Below the pieces are notes generated by a model that did no database searches, was not told the DNA's origin, and saw only the letters and a program-made list of their open reading frames with translations. Source: an uncultured delta proteobacterium (GTDB lineage Bacteria; Myxococcota_A; UBA9160; UBA4427). Taken from it: 64,000 bases of DNA. The position numbers and the translations under genes were made by a program. Shown one piece after another: positions 1 to 10,470 of this stretch. The stretch is taken from contig CAWGJT010000005.1 in NCBI GenBank assembly GCA_963822965.1, forward strand, positions 1,376,001-1,440,000, read 5' to 3'. How positions within the stretch are numbered: the stretch's first letter is position 1; every line of letters starts with the position of its first letter.

Positions 1-175
1 CGCGCACATCGATGTTTCCGTAGACGACGACTTCGTTCGACGCGTCCCCCCGGTCCCATCGGACAAAGAAGATGCCACAGGCTGCGAGCACGATGACGAG
101 CCCCGCGACAATCACGATACGCCGGCGGCGAGAGGACTTGCCCGATGTCTTCGGATCCGGTTGGCTCAAGGTCAT
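1..175 (-). CDS. HlyD/YbhG-like efflux membrane-fusion protein, N-terminal part (runs off window)
   Basis: Manual translation from ATG 175: MTLSQPDPKTSGKSSRRRRIVIVAGLVIVLAACGIFFVRW...VVVYGNIDVR; basic stretch, TM helix and YGNxDxR motif typical of YbhG-type adaptors. Confidence 0.6.
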   Translation of the reverse strand, partial: MTLSQPDPKTSGKSSRRRRIVIVAGLVIVLAACGIFFVRWDRGDASNEVVVYGNIDVR

Positions 176-435
176 GGTCCTGGCGCGGACGGCACCGCTC
201 CAACGGTCGTTTCGCTCAGTGTAGACAATCCCTCGAGCTTCCGAACGATTCTTCGCTCGCTCGTCTGTCGTCTGGATTCATCTGCGAGGGCGCGATTCCG
301 CCCTTTGCGATGGACCCCCAGCCGTCCTTGTGCGGACCGGCCCCCCCCCCATGGAGGCGAACTGCATCAATGAAAAGCTCACCGTCGCAGGATGGTTGCT
401 TGATAGAGCGACGAGCTCACACATCGCGATGGTCG

Positions 436-675
436 CTAGGGATGAGTCGCCAGCCGCGACTGGATTTCGTCGGCTGTAGGCACCTTCCCTTCGAAAATGA
501 TCTCGCCGTCCACGACGAGTGCCGGTGTGCGCATCACGCCGCTATCGATAATCGCGTTCATGTCCGTGATTTTCTCCAGTTCGTACGTCATGCCGAGCGC
601 TCGCGCCGCGGATTCGGCGTTGGTGGCAAGCTTGACGCACTTACTGCAGCCCGATCCAAGGATCTGCAATTTCAT
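436..675 (-). CDS. small redox-active disulfide (thioredoxin-family) protein
   Basis: MKLQILGSGCSKC...GVMRTPALVVDGE; CxxC motif; typical neighbour of ars permeases. Confidence 0.9.
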   Translation of the reverse strand: MKLQILGSGCSKCVKLATNAESAARALGMTYELEKITDMNAIIDSGVMRTPALVVDGEIIFEGKVPTADEIQSRLATHP

Positions 676-687
676 CGTTCTAGCTCC

Positions 688-2064
688 CTATGACCCAATG
701 GCTCCATAGATGGAACCGCTGAATGTCGCCATGACTATGACCAGCGCGCAGTACACCAAAGTCTTCTCGGTTCCGATAATGCTGCGTATTACGAGCATGT
801 TGGGCAGCGACAGCGCTGGCCCTGCGAGCAGCAAAGCGAGAGCTGGGCCTTTGCCCATCCCAGCACCGAGCAGCCCTTGCACGATCGGCACTTCCGTCAG
901 GGTGGCGAAATACATAAAGGCGCCCAGGACCGAGGCCAAGAGATTCGCTCGCAATGAATTTCCGCCGACGGCCGCATCCACCCACTCCATGGGGATGACG
1001 CCTTCGTGTCCAGGGCGACCTAGCAAGAAGCCAGCGACCAGGACTCCAACCAGAAGGAGCGGCAGGATTTGCTTGGCAAAGTCCCAGGTCTGGGCAAACC
1101 ATTCTTCGCCGGCGCCCGGCTGCAGCGCCGCCAGCACGGCAATCCCCAGAACTGCGACCGCAAATGGGAGCTGAGGTGTGTTCGAAAACAACAGAGCCAG
1201 CAGGGCGACGGTCGCGGCCAGAGTCAGCATCCTTCCTACTGGCCAACCCCAGCGTGCCACCAGGAACAACGCAAGGCCGCCACCGAGCTGCGCGGTCAGA
1301 GCCCATTTCCAGGAATAGATCAATTGCCAGGTACCGCCTTCGGACGGCGCCCAATTGGCGAACACCAACACACCAACCATGAGCGCGAAGAACGTCACGG
1401 TATCTGCCACGGGCATGTCATCGTCGGCGTCGTCAAAGCTGCGCTGGGGAGCGGTATCCCCGCGGCTGGCTTCTTCGCGACGATAAAGGACCTGCATGAT
1501 GAAACCGATGATGACCGCGAAAGCGATTGCACCGACGGCGCGCGCCAATCCGATTTCGGCACCGAGCACCTTGGCGGTGATCACGATGGCCAAGATATTG
1601 ATTGCCGGTCCCGAATATAGAAAGGCCATCGCGGCGCCGAGCCCGGCACCGCGCTTGTAAATGCCGCCGAACAACGGCAGCACAGTGCAGGAACATACGG
1701 CCAGGAGAATTCCAGAGACCGAGGCGACACCTAACGCGATAGGCTTTGGCGCGCTCGGTCCGAGAAACCGCATGACTGCGCCCTGGCTGAGATAAGCCGC
1801 CATGGCACCCGCGATCAGAAACGCGGGCAGCAGACACAGGATGACGTGCTCCTGGGCGTACCAATTCACCAGGTGGATGCCTTCGAGCACCGCATTGTCA
1901 AACCGCGCGCTGTCGGCCGGCATGAAATAGACGGCAAGAAACACGGTGCTGATCGTCAGAAGCACGCGTCCTTCGGTGCGGTTCTCCTGCCAGAATTCGC
2001 GCAGGCGATCCCCCCATCCTCTCGACTCTTTGGGGGGCGAATCAACGGGTGTAACGCTCGTCAT
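688..2064 (-). CDS. DUF318/ArsP-family permease
   Basis: Multi-TM protein with AVCSCTVLPLF, FLYSGPAIN and YFATLTEVPI motifs; start placed at MTSVTP. Confidence 0.85.
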   Translation of the reverse strand: MTSVTPVDSPPKESRGWGDRLREFWQENRTEGRVLLTISTVFLAVYFMPADSARFDNAVLEGIHLVNWYAQEHVILCLLPAFLIAGAMAAYLSQGAVMRFLGPSAPKPIALGVASVSGILLAVCSCTVLPLFGGIYKRGAGLGAAMAFLYSGPAINILAIVITAKVLGAEIGLARAVGAIAFAVIIGFIMQVLYRREEASRGDTAPQRSFDDADDDMPVADTVTFFALMVGVLVFANWAPSEGGTWQLIYSWKWALTAQLGGGLALFLVARWGWPVGRMLTLAATVALLALLFSNTPQLPFAVAVLGIAVLAALQPGAGEEWFAQTWDFAKQILPLLLVGVLVAGFLLGRPGHEGVIPMEWVDAAVGGNSLRANLLASVLGAFMYFATLTEVPIVQGLLGAGMGKGPALALLLAGPALSLPNMLVIRSIIGTEKTLVYCALVIVMATFSGSIYGAIGS

Positions 2065-2101
2065 GGGGCTCGCAATCGGGTAATCGGGTTGATGGCCATG
2101 C

Positions 2102-2798
2102 TCACTGGGGTGATGACGTCGCTTCGCGGGCGAGGGCCAAGAGTCGCGACGGCCCGACGGGCTCGTCGGGTAGAAACGGGACGATCGCGAGCCGATGGGC
2201 CAAGCGATCTCGCAGGGCCTCGATGGGTTCGAACTCCGCGAGCGCTCGCTCCACCGGGATGCGATCTCGGGGTGCGGCCGCCGATAGACTCGCATTGATG
2301 ACCCAGGCGAAAGGCTCGACGCCCGCACGACGTAGGTCCTCTTGAAGAGATTCCGCCTCTAGAACGGGCATCGTCTCCGCCGTCGTGACGAGAATGACCT
2401 TCGTGTAGTCGGGATCTCGCAGCCGCATGAGCGGCGTAGTGACATGGCTCGATACCTCCTTGGTCTTGTCCATGACTTCGCGGTGATAGGCGCCCGTGGT
2501 GTCCAGAAGTAGAAGCGTACGGCCTGTGGAGGCCGTGTCCATGACGATGAATTCCTGCCGAGCTTCTCGCGCGATTCGAGTGAACGCCAGGAATACCGCC
2601 ACTTCCTCGTAGCACGGAGATTGTAACTCCTCATCGAGAAGCTCGAGGTTCTCCGGAGTCAACTGGCCGCGATTCTTGTCGAGCGTCTCCTGTCGGTATC
2701 GCTCGAACTCTTCGCGAGGGTTGATTCGGGTGACTTCGAGGCCCGGAACCTCTGCCTCGAGCGTCTCTGCGAGGTGCGCCGCCGGGTCGGTCGTCGAC
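2102..2798 (-). pseudogene. arsA: arsenical pump ATPase ArsA, C-terminal fragment, 5'-truncated by the repeat
   Basis: STTDPAAHL, SPCYEEVAVF, DTASTG, ETMPVLEA and WVINASL motifs; coding similarity ends at the repeat at 2799. Confidence 0.85.
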
Positions 2799-2879
2799 CA
2801 TAGGACGAACAATCCCGGTTCTGAGTTGAAGTCCGGGTAGTGGCCTTATGTCAAACCCCTCAGGGGTCCCGGCGGCGGG
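2799..2879 (+). repeat. ~80-bp oriIS-like/dif-like element, copy 1
   Basis: CATAGGACGAACAA...AAGTCCGGGTA-GTGGCC-TTATGTCAAAC-CCCTCAGGGGTCCCGGCGGCGGG. Confidence 0.9.
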
Positions 2880-3084
2880 CGATCCGAAAAACTCGACGCT
2901 CACGAACACGCTGAATTCGTCCTCGAATGCGAAGAGGACGGTCACGTACGAGGTGTCGAAGAGGAAGTGGGAGTCGCGATCCAGATCCTCCGGAAGGAGC
3001 AGATCTGGGAACGCGGTCATCTGTCCACCCGGCTGGACCTGGTTGAGCGGACCTTCAATGGGCGATACGAATGAGTTGCCCGCG

Positions 3085-3166
3085 CCCCGCCGACGGGACC
3101 CCGGAGGGGTTTGACATAACGTCCCTGCCCGGGCAGCGAGCCAGAACCGGGCTTGTTCGCCCTAAT
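3085..3166 (-). repeat. ~80-bp element, inverted copy
   Basis: Reverse complement ATTAGGGCGAACAAGCCCGGTTCTGG...TTATGTCAAACCCCTCCGGGGTCCCGTCGGCGGGG. Confidence 0.85.
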
Positions 3167-3350
3167 CCTCGGCGTTGTGTCGCCGCGCGTATGCCCTCGA
3201 GTTCCCGGCCGAGATCGGGCTCCCTGATGAGGTCGTCGGGTTCGACACACTCCTCGGGCCCAACTTCAGCATCCTGCCCGAGCCTGCCACGGGCGCCCTC
3301 TGGCTCGCGGGCCTCGCCCTCGCACTGAACCGTGGGCGCCCCCGATCCCG
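3167..3350 (+). pseudogene. C-terminal fragment of a PEP-CTERM protein, followed by a right-arm-only repeat remnant (3351-3375)
   Basis: ...ILPEPATGALWLAGLALALNRGRPR, then GTCCCGGCGGCGGG. Confidence 0.55.
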
Positions 3351-3895
3351 CCCCGAAAGGAGTCCCGGCGGCGGGCTGCCCGTTCTGCTTGCCCCGGGCT
3401 ACTCGCGAGTTCGACTCCACGACAGGCCGCACGCCGCCGTCGCCGCGAGGCCTAGAGGCAGCGCCAGCCTTCAGGCGCGCCCTGCGCGAGGAGCCGGAGG
3501 CTTAGAGCCCATCTCATAGACCCGCTCGGTCGCCAGGCGGCGTCTTCGCCCCGATCTCATCGTTGCGAAACCTCGCCGTAGGTGCACAAGGTTGTGGACA
3601 AGACGATGGAGCCGCTCGCCGGGAAGCGCAGGCCGCGCCGGTAGCGGCGGGCGGCCGATCGTGCCGAGAGCGGGTACGCGTGCGGGGGGATCGCGGCGCC
3701 CGTGGCCCCAGAAGAGCTCCGGCGCGGGGCTCCGGGCGAAGGCGCTGTCCACCGGCACGAAGGGGAAAGAGGAGCTCCGTTTCGCAGAGTTCGGTTGGTG
3801 CCCGCAGCTCCTGAACGGATGCGCCGCGCATCCCTACGACGAGTACCTCTGGGACAGGAGCTCAGTCGATCGCTCCGCCGTCGCCGAGAGCCGGG

Positions 3896-4243
3896 TCAGC
3901 TGGCGCTGTGCGGCTCGCCGCCGTGACTCAGACAGTCGTCGCGCTGCATGTACTCGGTGCCTCCCCGGATCTGGCAGCGCACGATGCCTTCGTCGATTTC
4001 ACCGGTGTTGAGGGACCTGGCCTCCTGCCACCACTGCTTCATCCCCTTCTGCACCTGGGCCTTCTTTTCCGCCAAGGATCCGGGCGGGCGGGTCTCCTTC
4101 GCGCTGGAGCCGGCGTTGGTCTTGGTCTTCTTGGTCTTGTCGTAGCGTTCCATGGCTGCGTTGCTCTTGTCGAGCTCCTGCAGGACGGGGCAACCCGTGC
4201 AGGCAAGCGATACGCAGATGACGAGGAGTGCCCGGAGGATCAT
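3896..4243 (-). CDS. hypothetical lipoprotein
   Basis: MILRALLVICVSLACTGC signal/lipobox-like N-terminus; C-terminal Cys pair. Confidence 0.55.
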   Translation of the reverse strand: MILRALLVICVSLACTGCPVLQELDKSNAAMERYDKTKKTKTNAGSSAKETRPPGSLAEKKAQVQKGMKQWWQEARSLNTGEIDEGIVRCQIRGGTEYMQRDDCLSHGGEPHSAS

Positions 4244-4493
4244 GCTGTGTATATCGACGGCTCCGGATTCCGGCTTGAGACGCGAAGCGCTCGGCTCCCG
4301 CGCCTCGAGGTCAGCGAGGCGGTGGCCACCGGGAAGGAGCTGCGGTTTTGGTACCGGCGTCGCAACGCGTCGTCCCGGCGGCGGGTGGCGAGACGACGTC
4401 GGATGAGGCAGCCTGAACCCGGGTGCGCCGATTCCCGGCGCAGGCATCCCGGAGCGGTCGGGCCGCCCTCCGCGTCGACAGCCGTCGTGGGAC

Positions 4494-4915
4494 CATAGGA
4501 CGAACAAGCCCGGTTCTGAGTTGAAGTCCGGGTAGTGCCTTGTGTCAAACCCCTCAGGGGTCCCGGCGGCGGGGCGATTTCAAGCTGCGGAGTCGCTGGG
4601 CCGGCGTCCGCAGCGGCTCGGGGGGAGATCTCGAGGCGAGCGGGGGCCTACGGGGCGCGGATTGGGCCGATGCCGGGGGCACCTTCTGGGCCTGCTACCA
4701 GGGATCGGCGAAGGCTGGGGTCTGATCGAAGTCGTCCGCTGCGTGATCTCCATCGACTCGCGCCGCGCCAGCCCGCGCCGGGAGTATCGGTGGGGCGCGG
4801 ACCGGCAGGTCGAGACAGGCCAGGATCTTCGCAGCCACCTCGGGGTCTTCGATCGCAGCGAGCAGGCGCAGACCGGCACCGCACTGCAGACACCGAAGCG
4901 CGTCGCGGTGAATCT
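4494..4915 (-). mobile_element. IS91-family element 3' end: transposase C-terminal fragment (4695-~4915) plus ~200-bp tail ending in the 80-bp repeat (4494-4574)
   Basis: LRCLQCGAGLRLLAAIEDPEVAAKILACLDLP...FDQTP matches the IS91/ISCR Y2 transposase C-terminus; tail ends ...GTTCGTCCTATG. Confidence 0.8.
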
Positions 4916-5019
4916 TCGATTCACAAGCGCTTGGCCAGCGTAGCTGGCCCGCGATTTCGAATACCCGCATCAAGAGCCGTGCCCAACAGATCCGGTACGC
5001 GCGAGCCCGCTCCGCGTCC

Positions 5020-5294
5020 TCGAGATATCGACAAGCAGAACGTCATCCGGATGAACCGCGACACGCTCTACAGCCTTGGTGTGGTCGACATCTCCAAGGG
5101 CGCGACCGTGACCATGCTCGATGCGGGCAAGCGGCATATGTCGCTGATGATCATCAACAACGATGGATACGTGGACAAGGTCTTCTACGGCGGCGGCGCC
5201 CATGAGCTAACCGTCGGCCAATTCGACACGCCTTTTTTCGGCGTCGTCATCCGAACGCTTGCGAACCCCGAAGACCCGGCGGATCTCGCGGCGG
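5020..5294 (+). pseudogene. DUF1254-family protein, internal fragment
   Basis: DIDKQNVIRMNRDTLYSLGVVDIS...SLMIINNDGY; cut by the repeat at 5295. Confidence 0.7.
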
Positions 5295-5377
5295 CCCGCC
5301 GCCGTGACCCCGGAGGGGAGATCGACATAACACGCCTACCCGGACGTTCAGCCAAAACGGGGCTTATTCGTCCTATG
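5295..5377 (-). repeat. ~80-bp element, inverted copy
   Basis: Reverse complement CATAGGACGAATAAG...ACGTCCGGGTA-GGCGTG-TTATGTCGATC-TCCCCTCCGGGGTCACGGCGGCGGG. Confidence 0.9.
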
Positions 5378-5680
5378 CCCCGACGCCAGCCTTCTTTGCG
5401 GCGCTTCCCCATGTTCGCCGCATCGATGTCTCGGACCACCAACGCGCGCCACGCCCATCGGGGTTCGGGAACAACGGGCTGTCCGGCCTCTGGAACCTTG
5501 TCTCTGATGTGACGTGCTCGTTGAGCCAGTCAGTCAGCATGAATTCGACCGCGGGCACCGTCTTGATGTTGCGCGACTTCAAGCCGCGGATGAGTCCCTT
5601 CGTAACACGATCTTTCGCGGCGCGGGCAACATGGATTTCATCGTCGCCGTAATCACGCACGCGCAGCACACGCGCCTCAC
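5378..5680 (-). pseudogene. tyrosine recombinase/phage integrase, internal fragment
   Basis: EARVLRVRD...GLKSRNIKTVP...LFPNPDG...MRRTWGSAAKKAGV. Confidence 0.55.
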
Positions 5681-5681
5681 A

Positions 5682-6051
5682 TGAACCGCCCCGGGTTTGC
5701 CGGAGGTCCGGGAACGGGCGGTTCGGATGGTCTCGGACCACCGAGGCGACCATGGCTCGGTGAACCCTCGGTTGGGAGCGTCGGCGACTCGTACGACAAC
5801 GCGATGGCCGAGACGATCTTCGGCCTCTTCAAGGCCGAAGTGAACTGGCCCATGGCCCTTCGCGAAGTCTCGAGGAAGGCGAGTTCGCGACGCTCGAGTG
5901 GGTCGACTGATTCAACAACCGGAGGCTGCTCGAACCGATCGGCGATATCCCACCTGCGGAATTCGAAGCGATGTACTACGAAGCACCGGAGCATCCGGCC
6001 TTGGAGGCCGGAATCAACCAAACGAGTCTGCGGGATTCCCGGCTTGGTTCA
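5682..6051 (+). mobile_element. internally deleted IS3-family remnant
   Basis: Terminal IRs TGAACCGCCCCGGG... / ...CCCGGCTTGGTTCA; OrfB remnant PSVGSVGDSYDNAMAETIFGLFKAE. Confidence 0.85.
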
Positions 6052-6114
6052 CCCCTCCCGCCTGGAGGCCGTTGCGCTGACCCAGCCTGTGTAGTTGAAG
6101 GAGTCAACCTGACC

Positions 6115-7593
6115 CTAGTTCGCAGCCACGATCCCCGGCGGCTTCCAGCTGCCCTTCCCAGCCGGCAGGATCGACGGCGGCTCCGTCTTGGGCCAGTACA
6201 GTCGCATGACGAGGTAGATGGGGCCGTCCGGGGCCGGAAGCCAGTTCGATTTCTTGTCGGCACCCGGGGAGTCCTTCTGGATGTGGAGCGTCAACGAGCC
6301 ATCCGCGCCCTTCCTCAGGTCGGGCAACATCCGCGAGTTGATCAGGTAGCGGTCGATCGGGTTCTCGATCAGCAGCTGCGTCTTGCCGTCGTACATCGTC
6401 AACGACCAGAACGCGTTGACGGGCGGGTACTCGCCTTCCGCGAAGGTCAGCGTGTAGGCGTGCCGGCTGCCGTCCAGCGTCGCACCGGTGCCGTCGACGC
6501 GGGTCAGCGGATACACGGCTTCGGCGGCACTGGCGCCATAGATGCCGGCCTTGGCGGCTCCGGCGCGCTGGAGCCAGTTGCCGTCGTAGTGTTTGCTGTC
6601 GCCCGGGAGCGACCCGACCTGCCAACCGTTGATGTCCGTCAGGCCGGTTGCAAGGAACCGTTCGATCTTCTCGGCCCCGGCCTTCGAGCCTCGCTGGATC
6701 GCTGCCTTGTGTTCTGCGGGCAGCGCCTCCATGTGGATGGTCTTGCCCGGGCCGATGCCGATGCGGGCCAGTTTCGTCCGGATCGGCTTGCTCAGCGCCG
6801 TCTCGGGCACGAGCTCGAGGGCGGCATCGAGATACTCCCAGAAGTGGTCCTGGATGCCCGCGCTCGTGGCCGGGACGAAGTCGATCTTCGGCGCGGCCGG
6901 CGGGGTCGGCCGGCCCAGGAACTCCGACAAGGGTTGCACCCGGTAGCCCGATTGGACCTTGACGACGTTGGGCATGTCGTCGGCGTTCAGCAACTGCGTT
7001 CGGAAGGCGATCATGCTGAACGGCGTGCTCGACCGGAAGACCTTGTTGATCCCTTCCGGCTTCTCGCCCTTCCAGTCCGGGGCGACGACCATGTAGCTGC
7101 CGGCTGCGTTGCCCGTCGCACGACTACCGATGTACCCATAGTTGTAAGTGTTGCCGTCGGTAAGCTGCGCCGAGTAGTAGCGGCTCTTCTCGACTGCAGG
7201 GACCGAGACCACGATCGGTTCGGCGCGCAGATCCAGGAAGCCCAGGGAGTAGGGCGTATCGCTATTGGGTGTGATGATCGCCGTGTCTTTGTAGGTGAAG
7301 ACGCGCGCCTCGTTCTTGAAGTGGTTGAACGGCGCCTTGAACTGCCCCGAGTTCTTGTCGACGGCGTACTCGTTCATCACCGCATAGTTCATGACGATGG
7401 GCAGGCCGTAGATGAAGCCCGCCTCTGCGATCGCCTGGACCTCGGCGACGCTGGGCGCTGTGGCGGCCGCCTTCTCGCCGGGTTGCGCGACCGCGGGGGT
7501 GCCCCGGTCTTCCTGGCTGCACGCGGAGAGCAGGGCGAAGGACAGGATCGCGGTCGTCCCTGCCTGGATGGTCGAGTTGCGCAGACGCTTCAT
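6115..7593 (-). CDS. DUF1254/DUF1214 lipoprotein
   Basis: Lipobox LSAC; TPNSDTPYS, PPVNAFWSLTMY and LVMRLYWP motifs. Confidence 0.9.
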   Translation of the reverse strand: MKRLRNSTIQAGTTAILSFALLSACSQEDRGTPAVAQPGEKAAATAPSVAEVQAIAEAGFIYGLPIVMNYAVMNEYAVDKNSGQFKAPFNHFKNEARVFTYKDTAIITPNSDTPYSLGFLDLRAEPIVVSVPAVEKSRYYSAQLTDGNTYNYGYIGSRATGNAAGSYMVVAPDWKGEKPEGINKVFRSSTPFSMIAFRTQLLNADDMPNVVKVQSGYRVQPLSEFLGRPTPPAAPKIDFVPATSAGIQDHFWEYLDAALELVPETALSKPIRTKLARIGIGPGKTIHMEALPAEHKAAIQRGSKAGAEKIERFLATGLTDINGWQVGSLPGDSKHYDGNWLQRAGAAKAGIYGASAAEAVYPLTRVDGTGATLDGSRHAYTLTFAEGEYPPVNAFWSLTMYDGKTQLLIENPIDRYLINSRMLPDLRKGADGSLTLHIQKDSPGADKKSNWLPAPDGPIYLVMRLYWPKTEPPSILPAGKGSWKPPGIVAAN

Positions 7594-7760
7594 GAGTACC
7601 CTCTTCGAGTTCGTCGGATCTCGAGACCCGATCGTCGGAGCGACCCGGCATGCGACGGGGAATCCCAGAAATGGCAAGGTATCGGAGGATGACACTGCTG
7701 CTGGACTTGGCCACCTGCCCCACGAAGCATCCGGAGGCGTCCGAGCGAAGTTGAGATCGT

Positions 7761-7870
7761 TCCCGCCGCCGTGACCCCGGCGGGGGTCACGGCGGCGGGA
7801 ACAAGCCGGGTTCTGGGAGAAGGTCCGGGTAGCGCCTTGTGTCAGACCCCTCAGGGGTGCCGGCGGCGGG
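7761..7870 (+). repeat. perfect palindrome of two right arms (7761-7800) fused to a repeat copy (7801-7870)
   Basis: TCCCGCCGCCGTGACCCC-GGCG-GGGGTCACGGCGGCGGGA, then ACAAGCCGGGTTCTGGGAGAAGGTCCGGGTAGCGCCTTGTGTCAGAC... Confidence 0.85.
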
Positions 7871-8032
7871 CATTGCCTCGTGCGGAAACCCGTAGCGCAC
7901 GTGCTTCTCCGAACACTCGCGCGCCATGTCGCACAGGCGCCGCCCCTCGTTGAGCAGACGCAGCGTCTTGTCCCGCGCCTTGGTAAAGTCCTCGATCGAG
8001 GCACGAACAGCAACGTCAGTCAGTCTTGACAT
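7871..8032 (-). pseudogene. small phage/plasmid-like ORF, 3'-truncated by the repeat
   Basis: MSRLTDVAVRASIEDFTKARDKT...; reading frame runs into the repeat. Confidence 0.35.
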
Positions 8033-8232
8033 GGTTCTTCCTCCGCGTGATCCGCCAACTCGATAGCCTCGTATCGGGCCTCACCGTCACAGCTATCGCA
8101 GTAGTCACCCTTCTCAAACACGTTCTGCACGATCCACTCCTGCTTCTCGACACCCCACTGTACGTAGGCATCCGCCAGTACCTCGTCGCTACCACACTCG
8201 GTACACACCATCTTGATGCGACGTTCAGCCAT
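8020..8232 (-). CDS. small zinc-ribbon hypothetical protein (phage/plasmid-like)
   Basis: CTECGSDEVLADAYVQW...YCDSCD; two CxxC pairs. Confidence 0.6.
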   Translation of the reverse strand: MAERRIKMVCTECGSDEVLADAYVQWGVEKQEWIVQNVFEKGDYCDSCDGEARYEAIELADHAEEEPCQD

Positions 8233-8294
8233 GTCGCTCTGCCTCGGCCAACCGCATCCGTCCCAGGCCGCGCTCCTTCAATAACTTGTTGGGG

Positions 8295-8371
8295 CATAGG
8301 ACGAACAAGCCGGGTTCTGGGAGAAGGTCCGGGTAGTGCCTTGTGTCAAACCCCTCAGGGGTCCCGGCGGG
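8295..8371 (+). repeat. ~80-bp element copy
   Basis: CATAGGACGAACAAGCCGGGTTCTGGGAGAAGGTCCGGGTA-GTGCC-TTGTGTCAAACCCCTCAGGGGTCCCGGCGG. Confidence 0.9.
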
Positions 8372-8522
8372 CCGCTGTATCGGGCGGCCCACTTGCTCAT
8401 GGAAATCGGGTCGAGAGGATGAAACCGAGCGTTCTTGCAGCTGAACTCGGGAAGGACGAGAAGCCTTCTCATCCACCCGAGCGACTCTACGCCACTGGAC
8501 GGCCAAAGACGTGGACGCAAAA

Positions 8523-8762
8523 ATGGGCGAGGTCGACATTCGGCTCACCTTCCGCCGAGAAAAGAAGGCAGCTCTCCTGGCGTGGTCCGACATTCCGCTT
8601 GTCGGCCAGGTCCGAGATCTCAAAGGGTCATTTTCTGTACATGGCGATACGATTAGCTCGGAGGCGATACGGGATGGAAAAGAGGCGACCTTTTCCTTTG
8701 AAAGCGACCAGTTGGTGCTGCGTTTCAAGAGCGGCAAAGTCGTGCGCTTCGACTTGGAATAG
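8523..8762 (+). CDS. hypothetical protein
   Basis: Plausible-composition ORF MGEVDIRLTFRREKK...; no family recognised. Confidence 0.35.
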   Translation: MGEVDIRLTFRREKKAALLAWSDIPLVGQVRDLKGSFSVHGDTISSEAIRDGKEATFSFESDQLVLRFKSGKVVRFDLE

Positions 8763-8839
8763 CGGTCGGCTCGACCCCCGAAAACGGGCTTGGCCGCCAC
8801 GTGCTCTTTTGAGCAGGCGGAAGACGGAAACCAAGAACT

Positions 8840-9154
8840 ATGAAAATCCAGATCAACACAGACAATCACATCGCAGGTCGCGAAGAACTGGCCGAGCAGG
8901 CCAAAGCTACGGTGGAAAGCACGCTCGGCCATCTGGCGAAGCACATCACCCGCGTCGAAGTGCATCTCAGCGATGAGAACAGCGACAAGGGCGGGAGCCA
9001 TGACAAGCGTTGCATGATGGAAGCACGCCTCGAGGGTCACCAACCCATTGCGGTTTCGAATGAGGCGGAGTCGATTGGCCAGGCGATTGATGGAGCGGCT
9101 GAAAAACTCAAGAGATCCCTTGACCACACACTCGGGCGATTGAGAGACCGTTGA
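8840..9154 (+). CDS. HPF/RaiA-family ribosome-associated protein
   Basis: MKIQINTD...ITRVEVHLSDEN...DKRCMMEARLEG. Confidence 0.9.
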   Translation: MKIQINTDNHIAGREELAEQAKATVESTLGHLAKHITRVEVHLSDENSDKGGSHDKRCMMEARLEGHQPIAVSNEAESIGQAIDGAAEKLKRSLDHTLGRLRDR

Positions 9155-9336
9155 AGCCCGTGTGCGTGAGCATCAAAGCCATCGTCGGGTGCCCACTGGA
9201 TTGATTCGCAGCGGCAACACAAGCGAATCGTCACCATGTGTAACCGCGGCATTGGCGCACATCAACGACACCGTTTGCCTCCAGCCGCCTTGTTTAGTGG
9301 CTGGCGGCTGGCGGCTGGACAAATTTGTTCGAACCG

Positions 9337-10212
9337 ATGCGAAAGTTATTGCTCCAAGTCGAGCAGTCAACCGGGTGGCGGGTTCTCCGGCGCGCTTACG
9401 CACGCTGGGTGAAGGCGGATGGCAACGAGGGAGCCGCCGCCTTTTCCTACTACCTGCAGATGTCATTTCTGCCGCTGGTCATCCTTCTGGTGACCGCCGG
9501 ATCGCTGTTCGTCGAGCGCGACGTGGCGACACAAGCGGTCGTGCAGTGGGTCAAACATTACGTGCCGCTGACCGGTGAACAGGAACACTCCGCCGTGGGG
9601 ACCATTGGCGGCATGCTGGCGGCGCGGGGCCAGATCAGCCTGACTGCGATTCCGTTGTTGCTTTGGAGCTCGCTGCAATTCCTTAGCGTGCTGATTCGGA
9701 TCACAAACCGCCTCTGGCATTCGCCGACTTACAATTGGTGGCGGTTGCCGTTGAAAAGCCTTGCCCTGCTCGGCATCACGGTGAGCGCCGTGTTGATCGG
9801 CATTTTGGTGCCCACGACGGCGCGGATGTTCCGGGAATGGCTCACGGCCCGGCTCGGATTTCCCGGTTGGATGTTCGCCATGATTTTTCAGCTCATTCCG
9901 TGGCTGGTTTTGTTCTACGGGCTGATCATGATTTACCGGCTGGCCCCCAGCCGGGCCACCCGGTTTTCCGAAGTCTGGCTCGGCGCGCTGGTCGCGACGC
10001 TCTTGATCTGGATTGGCGAATGGATGTTTCTGCTTTACGCGGTCCACATCACGAGCTTCAACGCCCTCTACGGCGCCTTGGGCGGCCTCGTGGCGTTCCT
10101 GCTGTGGATTTATCTCTCAAGCTGCGTCTGCGTGTTCGGCATCTGTTTTTGCGCGGCGCTGGCGGAGGTCCGGGCGAAATCCGATGGGCCGTTGCAACCA
10201 ACCAGCGGGTGA
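9337..10212 (+). CDS. YihY/BrkB-family membrane protein
   Basis: AAAFSYY...; YGALGGLVAFLLWIYLS motif. Confidence 0.85.
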   Translation: MRKLLLQVEQSTGWRVLRRAYARWVKADGNEGAAAFSYYLQMSFLPLVILLVTAGSLFVERDVATQAVVQWVKHYVPLTGEQEHSAVGTIGGMLAARGQISLTAIPLLLWSSLQFLSVLIRITNRLWHSPTYNWWRLPLKSLALLGITVSAVLIGILVPTTARMFREWLTARLGFPGWMFAMIFQLIPWLVLFYGLIMIYRLAPSRATRFSEVWLGALVATLLIWIGEWMFLLYAVHITSFNALYGALGGLVAFLLWIYLSSCVCVFGICFCAALAEVRAKSDGPLQPTSG

Positions 10213-10257
10213 TGAACGTCGCACTTTCACTGGCCAACATAGATGAACGGTTGATTC

Positions 10258-10470
10258 ATGAACAAGCTCAAACAGCTCTGGAGCAACCTGCGGGGCAGCT
10301 TTTGGTTTTTGCCCTCGCTGATTGTGGCGGGGAGCATTGCGGTCGCGTTGTCCTTGATTCAAGCGGACACCGCCGGTGGCCAGCAGTGGATGTCCCGATG
10401 GCCGCGTCTGTTTGGTGCCAGCGCGGCGGGCACACGCGGGGTGTTGTCCACGATCGCCGGCTCGATGATG
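10258..10470 (+). pseudogene. DUF2254 membrane protein, N-terminal fragment
   Basis: SFWFLPSL...RGVLSTIAGSMM, then abrupt switch to another gene. Confidence 0.7.
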
